Below, piece by piece: positions 47,976 through 60,740 of a stretch of DNA of 64,000 bases. A program made the translations under genes and the position numbers. Position 1 is the stretch's first letter, and every line of letters starts with the position of its first letter. The notes beneath the pieces are model-generated. The model was given only the letters and a program-made list of their open reading frames with translations, ran no database searches and was not told where the DNA came from. Origin of the DNA: Callorhinchus milii (taxonomy: Eukaryota); NCBI RefSeq assembly GCF_018977255.1, contig NW_024704742.1, positions 106,144,001 through 106,208,000 on the forward strand, given 5' to 3'.

Positions 47976-50900
47976 ATATTCTATTTCGTTGTCTCACCAA
48001 CCCTATATTGTGTAAAACACTTACCTCCATGTTACCTGATAAAATAAAATCCAATTGATGTGGATGTGCAAAGCTGCGCAAATGATTTCAATCATATCCT
48101 TATAATCTAGCAACTTTGCACATATAGACAAATGCAGAAGCTTAGCTTATCTCGCTTCTAATATTTAAAACAGAGATAGACAGACAATTTAGTAGTAGAT
48201 ATTAAAGGGTATAGCGAAAAGAATTAAAAGATCTGTCAAGATCTAATAAACTGATAAATAAATCTAATAAACTCATTCTAATAAATGAGCTATATGGCTG
48301 ACTCCTGTTTCCTATCTTCTTAATGAAGGTTCTGGACAACTTTATTCTAGAATAACTTCATTGATAAATTAAAACTTCCCACAAGGGCAAGGAGATTGTA
48401 CACATTATCCATGGAGGAAGAATGATATTATGACACTGGCCTTGATACATTTAACATGCATGTATGCATTTAAATTGGGGGAGAAATAACATAAATTTTA
48501 TAAGCAATATTTTTAGTTCAAGGATATTGCTGCTTGTGATATACTAGCGGATGCAGATTTTTTTTTACAATTTACATTGACATTTCTACGAAGTGTTTCT
48601 AACATGTTTTCTCTTTGGGGAGAATGCCTTTGCGTCCTGCTCTCTTCCACTAGCAGTTCAATTGGATTTCTACAGTTAAGAATAATTTCAGTTCAAACTT
48701 TGCCTCATTTTAATATGAACGCTAAAGTGCTAAAACCTATGAAAAACCCTTCATTTCCTTTAGTGCTCTTTAATTGATTCTGAATTGTTTTAATGCCTGC
48801 TTTCTTCCAGCATGTTGTTAGCATTTCAATATTATTATTGATTTTACAGTACATTTCAGGTTGGTTTCATTAATTAGTGGTCGGTAGGTATGAAGCAAGA
48901 GGAGAGCAAATGAATAGCATTAATTACTCTAACTACAGAACCAATAAAAGTAAGTATGGAATTAAACTGCACCTGTTGTGTTGTTTGATATTTTCCTCAT
49001 AATTTATTTGTTATGAAAACTTAATTTCACTATAATGAATGGTGCGCTTGCAGCAAATGGGACACTGGGTGTTAAGATTGTGTCCCTATGTACCTGCCAT
49101 TACTGTGATTTATTAGCCTGGGGTTGGAATAAGCAAAGGACACAGCATTATTTCAAAAAGCTGCTGATTTATAAAGCTGCAGAGACTATTCTGTCCTCAC
49201 TGTACATAAAAGAACAAAACAGCGCTTGCTTATTCTTCAAGGACGGAGCACTGTCTTGTGCCTAAATCCTTGACAATAAATTGAGCCCAACTGAGAAAAG
49301 CTTAAAATATATTTAGATGTCAGCTAGTGCTGACCTCAGGCCGGTCGCTAAGCACCAAGCACCCCAGAGAAAGTTAGTGGATTTCATTTCTCTGCTTGGG
49401 CGGGTTTATTTATTCAGTACAGGTGCACTGATTCTCCTCAGCACCAAACACCAGGCTAGTGGGGCTTATTTCTTACAGATCTGTCAACTTAGCCTGTCAG
49501 TTAATTTCTCTGGATATTGATTTAAAATAATCCTATTTATATGTGGGTCTTATCCTCCTGCCTCTGACTTGTATAATAAGTGCTATTAGGCTTTTACAAT
49601 TTGCGATACATATTATTTGTAAGATTCTTTGCACCTTTTTTATAAATACACATTTATTCTTGCTTCTTTGCTTGTTTGATCTCAAAGTTAACGCTAAAGA
49701 GGTACTGATTTTTTTGAAGAAAATATTAATATATAGTATTTCCGTGGTCTCTGTGACCTTCACAGAATCAGAAAGGTTTAACTTGACTGTTTTATTTCAT
49801 TGTCTGCTGTAACTGTTAGCTGACATTCAGACTTCAAATGTTGAGTGTGAACCCAGGCATCTTTTCCAGAGCAACATCATTTGCTAATGAAAAATTAAGT
49901 AACCCAAGTCAATTATATACATCATCTATTTGTGAGGGCATCTTGACTTCATGCCTAATAAACCAACTGCACTTAATGTCTTTTCAATTGCTTAAATAAA
50001 TAACCCTGCATCAGCTATGAGATAGCACCACAAAAAGGTATTGAATTTTTAATTCTTAAAAAAAAGCAAATGGCTCCAGAAGCTTTTTATCTATTAAAGG
50101 AAAATGGAACCGTAGTCCTTAAACCCGCAGAATCATTATAATACTCTGAAGGTTTCCCTTTGGGATCTACTGATTGCCACTTGCTGAATAGAAAGATTTG
50201 GGTTATTCAGTTAGTCATCATTGTGCAGCAAGTCTCTAACTCGGTCCCCCAGTATTATCGAGTAGTGTTCATTCTCCGTGGAAGAAATAAAAAGACAATT
50301 TTAGAAAATATTAGCATTTTGGTCAGAAGTGCTTCTATTGGCACGTTTTATGCAATGACTAGAATGTGTGGTGTAGGTCCTTTGAGCAGAGAAAATGTTG
50401 CTCTCCTGATTGTCACAGCCCACTCGTGGCTTTGTTACTCGTGGGTTACATGGCCAGATCCCTCTATATGTTTTTTCTGCATCCATTGACTCTCTACTGT
50501 TCATCTTTGTAAGACGTCCTCCTGACACGACAGGTGCTATATATATGTAAATTATATTGCGTTTTGTATTGCATTATAAGCCATATGCAGTAGCTGTCAC
50601 TTCTGCACATCTAACTTTGATCAAGTATTTGTTGCTTTAATATTAATATTTATATGCACTTTTTAATAAATTCAATATTTTGCACTCAACTTGCTTCAGC
50701 GATCATTAAAGATTCAGAAATTTCAGGATTCTGATTTAAAAAAAAAGGTTCCAGTCCATGTGGAGAATGACAATAGATTTACGCAATGGAACCTAATACT
50801 GTATTTCAAATAATGCGACAATAAATTAGTGAGATCATATAAATGTGTCTGTTATTACTGATGTACAAAGACCAATTTATGTCCTTTGAAACATTCTGCT

Positions 50901-51305
50901 TATGACACAGATTATGTGTGGAGGATAGTTATTTAGTTGAGCACTATAACAGTAACTGATATGTGCAAGGAATGAGTTAGAAGCTGTATAGCTGTTACAC
51001 GCTCCAGTGGAATTAAATTCATGTAAATTACCAATACTGTTTTGCAACACTGAATTCCCATTTTGTTTGTGGCATTTATAATGTTAATTGCAACATTTAA
51101 CACTGCATGAAAAAATGACTTGTGAACCAAAGGTACTAAATTATGCATGGTAAATTGAGCCACATTTGACTTTTTTTGCCTCCAAAAAAGTAGCGTTGAA
51201 AACATTTGTGTGTCAGAAGAATACGTACCAAATACAGCAATTGGAGTTTTCATCCAGAGCATTGCTTAGAAAACATACCTAGTTTTGTGCTTCTTGTTTT
51301 CATAG

Positions 51306-51314
51306 CTGATTCAG
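51306..51314 (+). other. Candidate 9-nt microexon CTGATTCAG (alternative donor at 51566 would give a 260-nt exon)
   Basis: ttttgtgcttcttgttttcatag|CTGATTCAG|gtaaag; second donor TTG|gtgagt after a purine-rich stretch. Confidence 0.3.
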
Positions 51315-52539
51315 GTAAAGGAAAACTATTACCATGAATCAAGATTGTCACATTAACATACAGAATGAAGAAGTGCCAAACAGCTCAACCAAATGGATCA
51401 AGAATGTGAAAGACTGTAACGGAAAAGAGAAACTGAAATATTGTAAGAAGAATGAATTCTAGACATGTTCATTATAGTGGAACAGAAGAAGCCACTCAGG
51501 CAAAAGAGAACAGAAAGAAAAACCAAGGGAGTGTGGATGACCAGACAGAAATGACAAAGGATTTGGTGAGTTGTAAAATAAATTCTATCAAGGTTTTCAA
51601 AGCTTTACAAAATGAAGTTCTGCTTCTGCACCTCAAAATTCTGTTCTTCTGTATAGGAAGGTGGCACCACATATTGTAAACAGCCTGCTGTGGAACACTG
51701 AAAATATAATTACATTCACTTGGCAACCACTGGAAGTTGGTTACTTGAATCACTGGGATGTGTCTTTCACATATTAAAATAAAATCTGAATTACATGTCA
51801 TTAACTCACAAAAGCAATGGCATAAACATGTTGTGTATGTCCAAGCCCAAACAAAGGGGATCAAACTTATATCTGATACTGATATCTAGTGTAGGATGAA
51901 GGGGACATGCTGCTGGAGACATTGTTCTGTTGGTCTAGACGTTTGACTGAAGGTTTACTGTCTGATGTGGTGGATGGTAAAGATCCTGGAGTGTGGTTCT
52001 ATGCTTCCTCGGTACAACTGACTGAAAACAATCAAATGGCACTTATCGCACAAGAAACAGTGTGCTAGTTTATTAAAGTGTTGCATTTATATCTCTACCT
52101 TCTTAATAGTGTCACTATTTTCTATAGCATTTTCACTAAATCATAAGGGTGAAATTTGCAAAGGGTGATGTGATATTGTTGGTAATAATTCTCCCATTGT
52201 TGAAAATTGTGGTGGAGACAAATACATTCACAATTACAATTGGAGAATGTTCTTAAAGCACTTCACATAGCTGACTGGGAGCCCAAACTCAGGGGAACTT
52301 GGGACAGGGATGGCTGCCAACAGCATCCATATGTTTTAATAATAATCTTTGCATTTGATATAGTTCCTTTCGTGTCGGGAGGAGGGCTCAAAGCACTTCA
52401 TGGGATATACTGTAAAGTGTGACAGTATATTTGTTGACGGAGGCAGGTTTTTATGGGTGTGGAAGAAGGGGACAAAAGGGAGAGACTCAAGGATGGAGTT
52501 CCAGAGAGCAGGGCAGTATGTCCGATTGGGGACAGGGGG

Positions 52540-52900
52540 CGACTTTAAAGTGCAGTGACTGTGTTTTTGTAGGATAATGCAACAGTCGATTTGAGCACAG
52601 CCATTTTACACAATCAGCTATGAAGTGAATGATCAATTTTATTTTGGGGGATTATTGGTCCAGACACCAGAAGAAACTCCCTTGTCTTTGCAATTGAGCC
52701 TTGGCATCCTCAACATCCACCTGAATGGGCAGACAGGGCTTTCATTTAGTGTCGGTTGTGAACGACAGCACCTCCATTAATGCAATGCCTCAACACTGTA
52801 TTGGAATGTCATTCAAGACTGTGAGTTCAGAGTTCCGATGTGGGGCTTGAACCCTTGAAGTCTTCTGAGTCGGAAGAAAAAGTGGTTCCAACTGAGCCAG
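52540..52900 (-). mobile_element. Older Deu-SINE
   Basis: aacatccacctgaatgggcagacaggg...gacagcacctcc...ggggcttgaaccc...ccaactgagccagact. Confidence 0.75.
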
Positions 52901-54109
52901 ACTTGAAGACTTGACACTAGTAGAATCATAAAAGAATCAAACACACATGAAGAAAAAAATCTTGAAAAGGTATACTGACTAACAAATAAGCTGCATAAAT
53001 ACAATTACCTGATCAGTCAAAATAAAGTTTAAAAACTAAACTGCAAGTCTCTGACCTGTAAGTCTAATTTTACTCATGGCATGGAATGTAAATGTGTAGT
53101 TTTCTTTTGCCTAAAACTACATTCTAGAGAGCTAGGGTAAAATTTAAACTTCTCCTTGAAGAATACTTAACATGCTACATTTTGTCTGCTTCATTTGTTT
53201 CCTGGGAAATTGGACAGTTGAGCAAAAGTCTTCATACAGTAATATGGCTGCTTGTCATGTGATATACTTTGCTTTGCCTTCAGACACTTTCTCATTGTAA
53301 AGTTAAACAAAATGAAAATCATTTTCGTTAAATAAGATTAAAGTGCCTTTGCATGAAACTATCATTTTCTTTCATTAAAAAGTGCTCAACATATAGAACA
53401 AATGTACAGTGACAGCAAAACTAAAATCTACGCTCTTCCATTTATTTTGATGTATTAAATTGTCCATTTTTCAGAATAAATAGGCTTTCATGACAGCTAT
53501 ATTAAAGCAGGTAATTGACTGAAATATATGATCTGTACTGGCAAAAAAACATCAAGTCCTAATGAAAATCTGAATAAAGGACATTATTCTGTAAATGGCC
53601 AATGGTCCATCATAAAAATGAAGCATAAAATTCATAAAGATTCTTTTAAACCTGTCATGATACCTGTACGTCTTATTTTTTCAAAGTATTTTCTATCAAT
53701 TAGCAATTAATGAAGAGAATAGTAATTATCTAAAATAATTTTACCATTGCTAAATATCAGATAAGTGAACATTTTTTCTTATTTTTTCTTATGTTAGATT
53801 CTTTTGTCCCTTCCACTGCGGAGGACACTGACTCATCACTCATTGATAGTGAATCTGCAGCGCTCATACCAACCTGAAGGAGCTATCCTTCATGTGAGAG
53901 CCAAGAGAGTGATTATTGGATGCTTTTTAGCCATGGGATCTCACAGGCGAAACTTATTTCTTTTTTCCCCTGAGGGAAATTTCACCTTAGTCTACACTTA
54001 GAGACATTGCTCTTAGAATTTCAGAGCATGCAAAATGTTTAGACAATTCTTAACCTCCATCTTAATTTTCTTCAATTCTTAAATAACTGAATTCTTATGA
54101 ATAAAATCT

Positions 54110-54332
54110 CAGTGTAGGCTCGGGCATCCTGGAATTCACAGATGCACAATTTCCAGAGGTCACAGGATAAAGACCAGGATTTGAAAATCCTGCCACAATG
54201 TTTCATAGCCGGGGGCACTCGTGCCAATTGTAAACTTCAACTGTTTCCCCAGCTGAGAGCAGCTAACCCCACTAACTCTGCACAGACTGTGAATATGAAC
54301 TTGCAACCTTCCACTCTGTGTGGCCTTAGTCA
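54110..54332 (-). mobile_element. AmnSINE2-like ancient SINE, 5' part
   Basis: Minus strand ggccacacagagtggaaggttgcaagttc...gtctgtgcagagttag...gctgctctcagctgggg...tacaattggcacgagtgcccc. Confidence 0.6.
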
Positions 54333-54848
54333 GGACCTTTCCCTGACTAAGACATCAGTTGAACCCTACATTGGATCCTTAACTGAAAATGATTGACACT
54401 GAAAATCTTTCCTCACCTATATAAATATCAGCATTTTAGAAATGTCTGACAGCTGTACAGCAACCAATAACAAATGGTCCAATCCATGTAAAGAAATGTG
54501 AATTTGGATAAAATATGCATAGCTACTTAATATCTCCTCACAATCAAAACATAAGATGACAAAGATTAATAGCATACAGTTATATAAATATAAGTGCAAA
54601 AGGTAATTTTTGTGGTCACAGTTGGGGTATATGGTTTTAAATCAATCAAATGGCACAGAGGTGAGTCTACCATCCCTAACACAGACCTTTATTGTTATAA
54701 AATCATGTTCAGTAGCCTTCTTATTGGTTGTACATTAACTGAAAAAATAAACTAAGAAATAGTACGTCAAACCTATTTAATGTACAGGGTCCAAAGCAGG
54801 TATCGGGGGAATAGCACACAGCCTGGCTGTTTCCTAAATTGTATAATT

Positions 54849-55218
54849 GTGGAGTCCTGTAGCTTAGTGGTTAGAGTATTTGCGTCGCAAGCGAGAAACC
54901 TGGGTTCTATTCTCGGCAGGGTGAAATGTTGGGCAAGTTTCCTTACTCCACACACTTCTGTTTACCTAGCAGTAAGTAGGAACCCGATTGTTAGTGGATT
55001 GGCGAATAACTTTTTGGGGGTAATAATTCCTTCAAAAAAAATTAAAAACAAAAAAAATTGATCCCTCAATCTACAACTGTTTGTGGGACACTGCTGTGTG
55101 CAATTTGCATTTCGCCTACAAAATACACAGTTAATTCACTTTGCAGTATATTCTCTGAAGTGCTTTGAGACATCTCAAAGACGGGATAAGGTCCTATATC
55201 AAATGCAAGGATTATTAT
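54849..55218 (+). mobile_element. tRNA-derived Deu-SINE, long subtype
   Basis: gtggagtcctgtagcttagtggttagag...ctgtttacctagcagtaagtaggaaccc...tatatcaaatgcaaggattatta. Confidence 0.93.
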
Positions 55219-55377
55219 CAGTGTTATAAGAGCTTTTGGACGACTTTCTCCTCTCCACCCTCTTGACTCCCACCCTCACCTCGGGTTACCATCCAGGACT
55301 CTGAATGCACCTTGGGATGTCCTTGTGACATGAAAGGCACTATATAAATATAAATTGTATTCTGTATTGTATAAGGG

Positions 55378-55670
55378 TTAATAATAATCCTTGCATTTGA
55401 TATAGCGCTTTTCACGTCGGGAGGACGTCCCAAAGCGCTTCACAGAATATACTGTAAGGTGAATTGACTGTATATTTGTGGGCGAACGCGGCAGCCAATT
55501 GCGCACAGCAATGTCCTACAAACAGTCATAGATTGAAAATGACCAATTTATTATTGTTGTTGTTTTTTTTTGGAGGGATTACTATTAGGCGTGTGGAGTA
55601 AGGAAACTTGCCCAAGGTTTCGCCCTGCTTGGAATTGAACACAGGTCTCTCGCTTGCAAAGCGAGTGCTT
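55378..55670 (-). mobile_element. Young Deu-SINE, short subtype (lacks the first ~25 nt)
   Basis: Near-identical to 33620-33918 and 63420-63720. Confidence 0.95.
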
Positions 55671-55875
55671 CTCTCAACTTGGCATAAAGTTAATGCCATT
55701 GAGAATATTGTGAAGAGCCTGCTGTTATGTTGCTCCTGATTTTTGACATAGATTGCAAACCCTAGTTCCCGTAAAGTAACACACATGTGGCAGAATGACC
55801 CTAGTGAACTGCCTCGTATTGTGAAACAACAACTTGCATTTATAAAACATCCTTCATGTAGGATAAAGTTAGCTA

Positions 55876-56815
55876 AAAAATTCCATAATTGTCATAATCT
55901 TAAATTTTAAGACAAAATTATCTTAAAGGCTAAAGCTAGATATAATTATGGGCCTCGGATGGGACGATCAAATGGACCAATGGTCTAGTCTTGAAACTCT
56001 TACTCTGTTATTATAGGGTGATAATATCACTCCAATGAAAGCAACAACCACCTTTCTTCTCCCAACAAAAGGGTGAGTCCAGGGCAGAATTTCTCATGCC
56101 TAATAGTACCTGTACAAAGAAGCTCTTCAAATCCAACATTTAAAAAATGTTCAGCTTCGTACAAAGCACACCCCCTGAGAGATAAATAACTTGGCCAAAG
56201 TCTCTGCTTCCTTAATTGCTCGCTTAGAAATTTCTGATTTCACAGCCAGACAAATTCAAATTAATGTTTCTCTTAACAGCCCCCAGCTGGGTACTGATAT
56301 AGCTGTAGTTTCCCTTAAATATTTCAACTTCAGAGAGAAAAGATTAAACTGAGTTCAATTTCTCCTTCTCTCGCAGCAGGCCAGCAAAATTACTTTGTAT
56401 CATAGAGGTGGAATTACAACTTGTGATGTGTTAATTAATACTGGTGCTAGTCACATTTTTGATAAATAAACTCAATCAATAACTAAAGACGTCAATATCT
56501 AAAGACTTGCATTGGGTGTGACCTCCCTCCCCCACTCTGTTACAATGGTTAGACCCGAAACCAGTCCATTGATTGTGGCATTGGACTGTCTTAACAGGAT
56601 ATTGACCTGACTCAACCTTTAAGATGGTATCTGTGACCAGCAATCCCCAGGTCACAATTTTCACTCCATAATAACAGAGTAAGAATTTCAGGATTAGATT
56701 ATTGGTCAAGGTAGTCTTCCCATCCCAAAATCCAAGATTCTATCTAGTCTTAAGCTTGTAAGATCATTTTGTCTTAAAATTTAAGATTGTGCATGCATAA
56801 TTGTGGAAATTCTAA
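55876..56815. repeat. ~75-bp inverted repeats about 0.8 kb apart
   Basis: aatcttaaattttaagacaaaattatctta...ctagata (~55896-55942) versus tatctag...taagatcattttgtcttaaaatttaagatt (~56741-56789). Confidence 0.75.
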
Positions 56816-56877
56816 ATTTCAGTCTTAATTTGCAAATTGGTTTTCTTAAGGCTCCCTAAACCCTATCTGGAATCTGG

Positions 56878-57058
56878 AAGCAGATTCATTAGTAGCTTTC
56901 AAAAGGGAATTGGATAGTTATTTAAAAAGGAAAAAATTGCAGGGCTACGGGATAATAGCAGGGGATTGAGATTAGTTGGATAGCTCTTTCAAAGAGCTGG
57001 CACAGGCACAATGGGCCGAATGGCCTCCTTCTGTGTTATAAGATTCTATGATTCTATC
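56878..57058 (+). mobile_element. CR1 3' end
   Basis: gaagcagattcattagtagctttcaaaagggaattggatag...gggccgaatggcctccttctgtg...attctatgattcta. Confidence 0.92.
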
Positions 57059-57632
57059 TAATCTGTCAAGTCTTTACTTTAAGTACCTTGGTCAAATGCT
57101 AACTCTTTGTCACTGAGTTGAGTTTGTCCATCTCTGTCCCTGTGAAACACTCTGAGATGTTACCCTAATTGAAGGATACAAATGCAAGTTATTGTTGTTG
57201 GATTCAACTGCCTGGTATAATTTGACTTTATTTGCAAGGCTTATTTCCAGAATACCCATCCTGCTGCCTTCCCATAACAATCTCTAGATGTATCTTACAT
57301 GAGTAAGTATCCAGTCGCAAATAGAACCTGAATAAACCTCACATATGTTGTATCAGTTGGAACCATACATTGAATATGACTTTGAAATGTATGAGTTATG
57401 TGAAACTTGCATAAGTTATGGGAAATTCAATGGGACTTGGCAATGTACAACTTAGGTAATTATACAATCAGACTTATGTGAGTTTTACTGTAGTATAAAA
57501 ATGTCCAATCTTGAAAGCACTTTTTTTGTCCGTGCCTTAAATATTTTGCTGCCAGTTGAATTGTAAACATTGCCAGCTAGATCTAAATGAAGTTGTAGAT
57601 GCAACATATGAGGGTGAAATTAGTGACGTTTT

Positions 57633-58490
57633 ATAATAATAACAGTAATAAAAATACTTGCATTTGTTATAGCGCCTTAACGTGTGGTCGAAACGTCTCA
57701 AAGCGCTTTACAGAATATACTGTAAAGTGAATTGTATATTTTGTGGGTGAAAAGCGGCAGCCAATTGTACACAGCAGTGTCCCATAAGTAGTCGTGGATT
57801 GAGTAACCAATTTATTATTATTTTTTTGATAAATTATTAGAATACATTAGAATATACAGCACGGAAACAGGCCATTCGGCCCAACTGGTCTATGCCGGTA
57901 TTTATGCTCCACGTGAGTCTCCTCCTGCCCTTCCTCAACTAAACCTTCAAGCATAACTTTGTATTCCTTTCTCCCTCATGTACCTATCTAGCTTCCCCTT
58001 AAATATATATATGTGCTATTTACCTCAACAACTCCTCGTGGTAACATGTTCCACATTCCCACTACTCTCTGTGTGAAGACATTTCTTCCCTATTTGATCT
58101 ATTTGTGACTATTTTATATTAATGGTTCATGGTTTTGGTCTCCCCCACAAGTGGAAACACCTTCCCTATGTCTACCCTATCAAAGCCTTTCATCATTTTA
58201 AAGACCTCTATCAGGTCACCCCTTATCCTCATCTTTTCAAGAGAAAAGAGTCCAAGCATGTTCCGCCTTTCCTGATACGTATAACCTCTCAGTTCTGGGA
58301 TCATCCTTGTGAATCTTATTACCCCCAGAAAAGCGATCTGCCAATCAACTAACAACTGGGTTCCTACTTAACTGCTAGTAAACAGAGACGTGTAGAGTAA
58401 GGAAATTTGCCCAACATTTTGCCCTGCCGGGAATCAAACCCAGGTCTCTCGTTTGCGAGGCGAGTGCTTTAACCACTGAGCTACAGCACT
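57633..58490 (-). mobile_element. Long-subtype Deu-SINE split by a CR1 insertion
   Basis: Tail and core at 57633-57837; resumes at ~58316 ttattacccccag...ggttcctactta...accactgagctacagcactc. Confidence 0.88.
57838..58315 (-). mobile_element. CR1 3' fragment nested in a SINE
   Basis: ORF 58119-58355(-) RFTRMIPELRGYTYQERRNMLGLFSLEKMRIRGDLIEVFKMMKGFDRVD; ttatta at both junctions. Confidence 0.93.
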
Positions 58491-59829
58491 CAAATAATGC
58501 ATTCAACATGATAATTATCATATTTAATACATTATGAACAGCTATTAATTTATTCCTGTAATCATCAGTACTCCACTTCCTATCCTACCTGCATTCAGAT
58601 GAGCCTTTTTGCATCAAATGTTTCAAAAAATGTTTGATATTTCAGGTGCAGAACCAACTTAAATTTGATGTCCAGGAGTTTGATATAATTTGAGTTGTGT
58701 TTCATAGGATATCCATAGGACCGTCCAGCATGAAGGGCGCTATTTAAATGCAAGCTGTTGTTTTCAATCGGTATCCTCTTCCAGCTGTACTCATTCTTTG
58801 CAGTCAGGTCAGCTTTCAGTGCAGGATTTGCTCATGCGATTACCATTGTACGGAGGTCATGGGAGGCTCGCATCAAACATGTCATGAAATATCACAAATT
58901 TTATCCTATAGAATCACAAGTGTGAAACAGATGAACAGCAATGTCCCTTGACTAATTATTGCGGCAGCTTGAATATCGGATTTCATTGGAATTTCATATT
59001 AAAAATCGTCTTCCTTTCATTTAAGCTCCAACCATCTAACACAAGCACTCGGACTGTCAAACACTGAAGCCACAAGGTTCAATTAGCTTCGATTGATGTT
59101 GTTTGATGTACTCAAAAATCATGTCAAGATCATTTAATGTACACTAAGTGTACAATTTAGAAAAGCAGCAATGATTCACAGTGTGTACATACATTACCAA
59201 TTGTAAATACATTGTAAATAATCCAGTTGTGGTTAATGGGAACTATGCAACACAGTGGATAATTTTATGCTCCAGTTGATTCCCAATGTATTCAAATCAG
59301 TACAAATGGATTTCAATTAATGGCACAATCTGATGAATGAGATTATTTAATTTCCACCAGCACATCCCAATTAACAGGCTTCCACTGTGCTGATCACTGA
59401 AAAACTGTCCTTGCAATGCAGATTGTAATAGGAATGTAATAATGGAAAAAAACATATAGACTTCGTAAAAGGCATGCAAACATACAGCCTGATCAATACG
59501 AGTGTTGTACTAAATTAACATCCTCAGGTAGGTGCCCATTAGCGGTGCTACTCAGATCACCAATGCAGAATGTTAATAGGAGCACAACGCTGAGGCTCTT
59601 AATTGGGCAGTGAGACAGAATGGCTTGTTTTTTCCACACACTAACTTTTAACGCACTCCAAGCAAATGAGAAAATTTCACCAACAGCTAGTTGAGTTGGA
59701 AAGCTCAAGCAATCTCCACAATCATGCTGAATAATAAGTGAAGATGGTAATTATGCATGTTTTTAATTCAATAACAACCAAAATCTTTATTAAAAAAAGC
59801 AAAGATTATTATATATGTCTTTCACGTAT

Positions 59830-60010
59830 TTCAGCTGCACCTTCCATAAACTCCAGACTATACTGAATGTCATAGCCTCTTTCCTCTCCTGCACCAGCAA
59901 GCCAATCATCCCAATCCTTGCCTCCGATCCATTGTCTCCCATTTTCCCAACTTTACGATACTTATCCTCACCTTCAAATGTACCCAAGGACTTGCTCCAT
60001 CCTATCTCTG
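59830..60010 (+). mobile_element. Degenerate L2 fragment
   Basis: FHKLQTILNVIASFLSCT..PIIPILA. Confidence 0.6.
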
Positions 60011-60021
60011 TGATCTCATAT

Positions 60022-60460
60022 GTCAGCCTGGCTCAGTTGGTAGCACTCTTATGTCTGAGTCAGAAGGTTGTGGATTCATATTGGAAGGTTGAGCTGATAG
60101 GTGGTCTAGACTGATGGTCCAATACAATGCAGAACTGGGGGTGTGCTGCATTTTTAAGATCCTGTCTTTCAGATGAGACATTAATCTACAGTTCTGTCTG
60201 CCTGTTCTGGTGGATGTTTAAGATTCTATGGAACTATGTGAAAAGAGTAGGGAGTTTCTCCCGGTGTCCTGTCCAATTCCCCAGATAGATTTGGTCATTG
60301 ACATCATGACTATTTGTGGAACATTGCTGTGTGCAAATTGTCTGCCACGTTCACCAATACAATACACATTCACAACACTTTACAGTAATTCCTATTAACT
60401 TCTTTGAGACATCTCAAATGATGTGATAAAACGCTATATTACATTTAAGGATTATTAATA
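60022..60460 (+). mobile_element. Older tRNA-headed Deu-SINE
   Basis: gtcagcctggctcagttggtagcactct...gtcagaaggttgtgga...tttgtggaacattgctgtgtgcaaattg. Confidence 0.85.
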
Positions 60461-60464
60461 TCAC

Positions 60465-60740
60465 CAGTGCCTCTACTTCCCTCTGGTCCACCACTCTGAT
60501 CTGTTTCATGCCTTGCCCCTCCTCCCACCGTTTCACCCCATTATCGGCAGACAAGCCTTCAACCACCGTGTCCCCATCCCTCTCTCCTGAAATTCCTCCT
60601 TCTAGCCCCTTCCATCCCACCTTAAGATCTACCTCTTTGACTATATTTTTAGCAATCTTCCTAATCTCCCTCCCAGCCCAGGTTCCCACTCTGTCTCTTG
60701 CATTGAGATATTCTCCCAACATGAAAGGCACTACGTAAAT
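60465..60740 (+). mobile_element. Degenerate L2 3' end
   Basis: ggcagacaagccttcaacc...cttaagatctacctctttgac...cccaacatgaaaggcacta. Confidence 0.7.

Noticed and set aside
49533-50528. Hydrophobic short ORFs as membrane micropeptides
   Set aside because: Typical translation of AT-rich non-coding DNA, with no splice or homology support.
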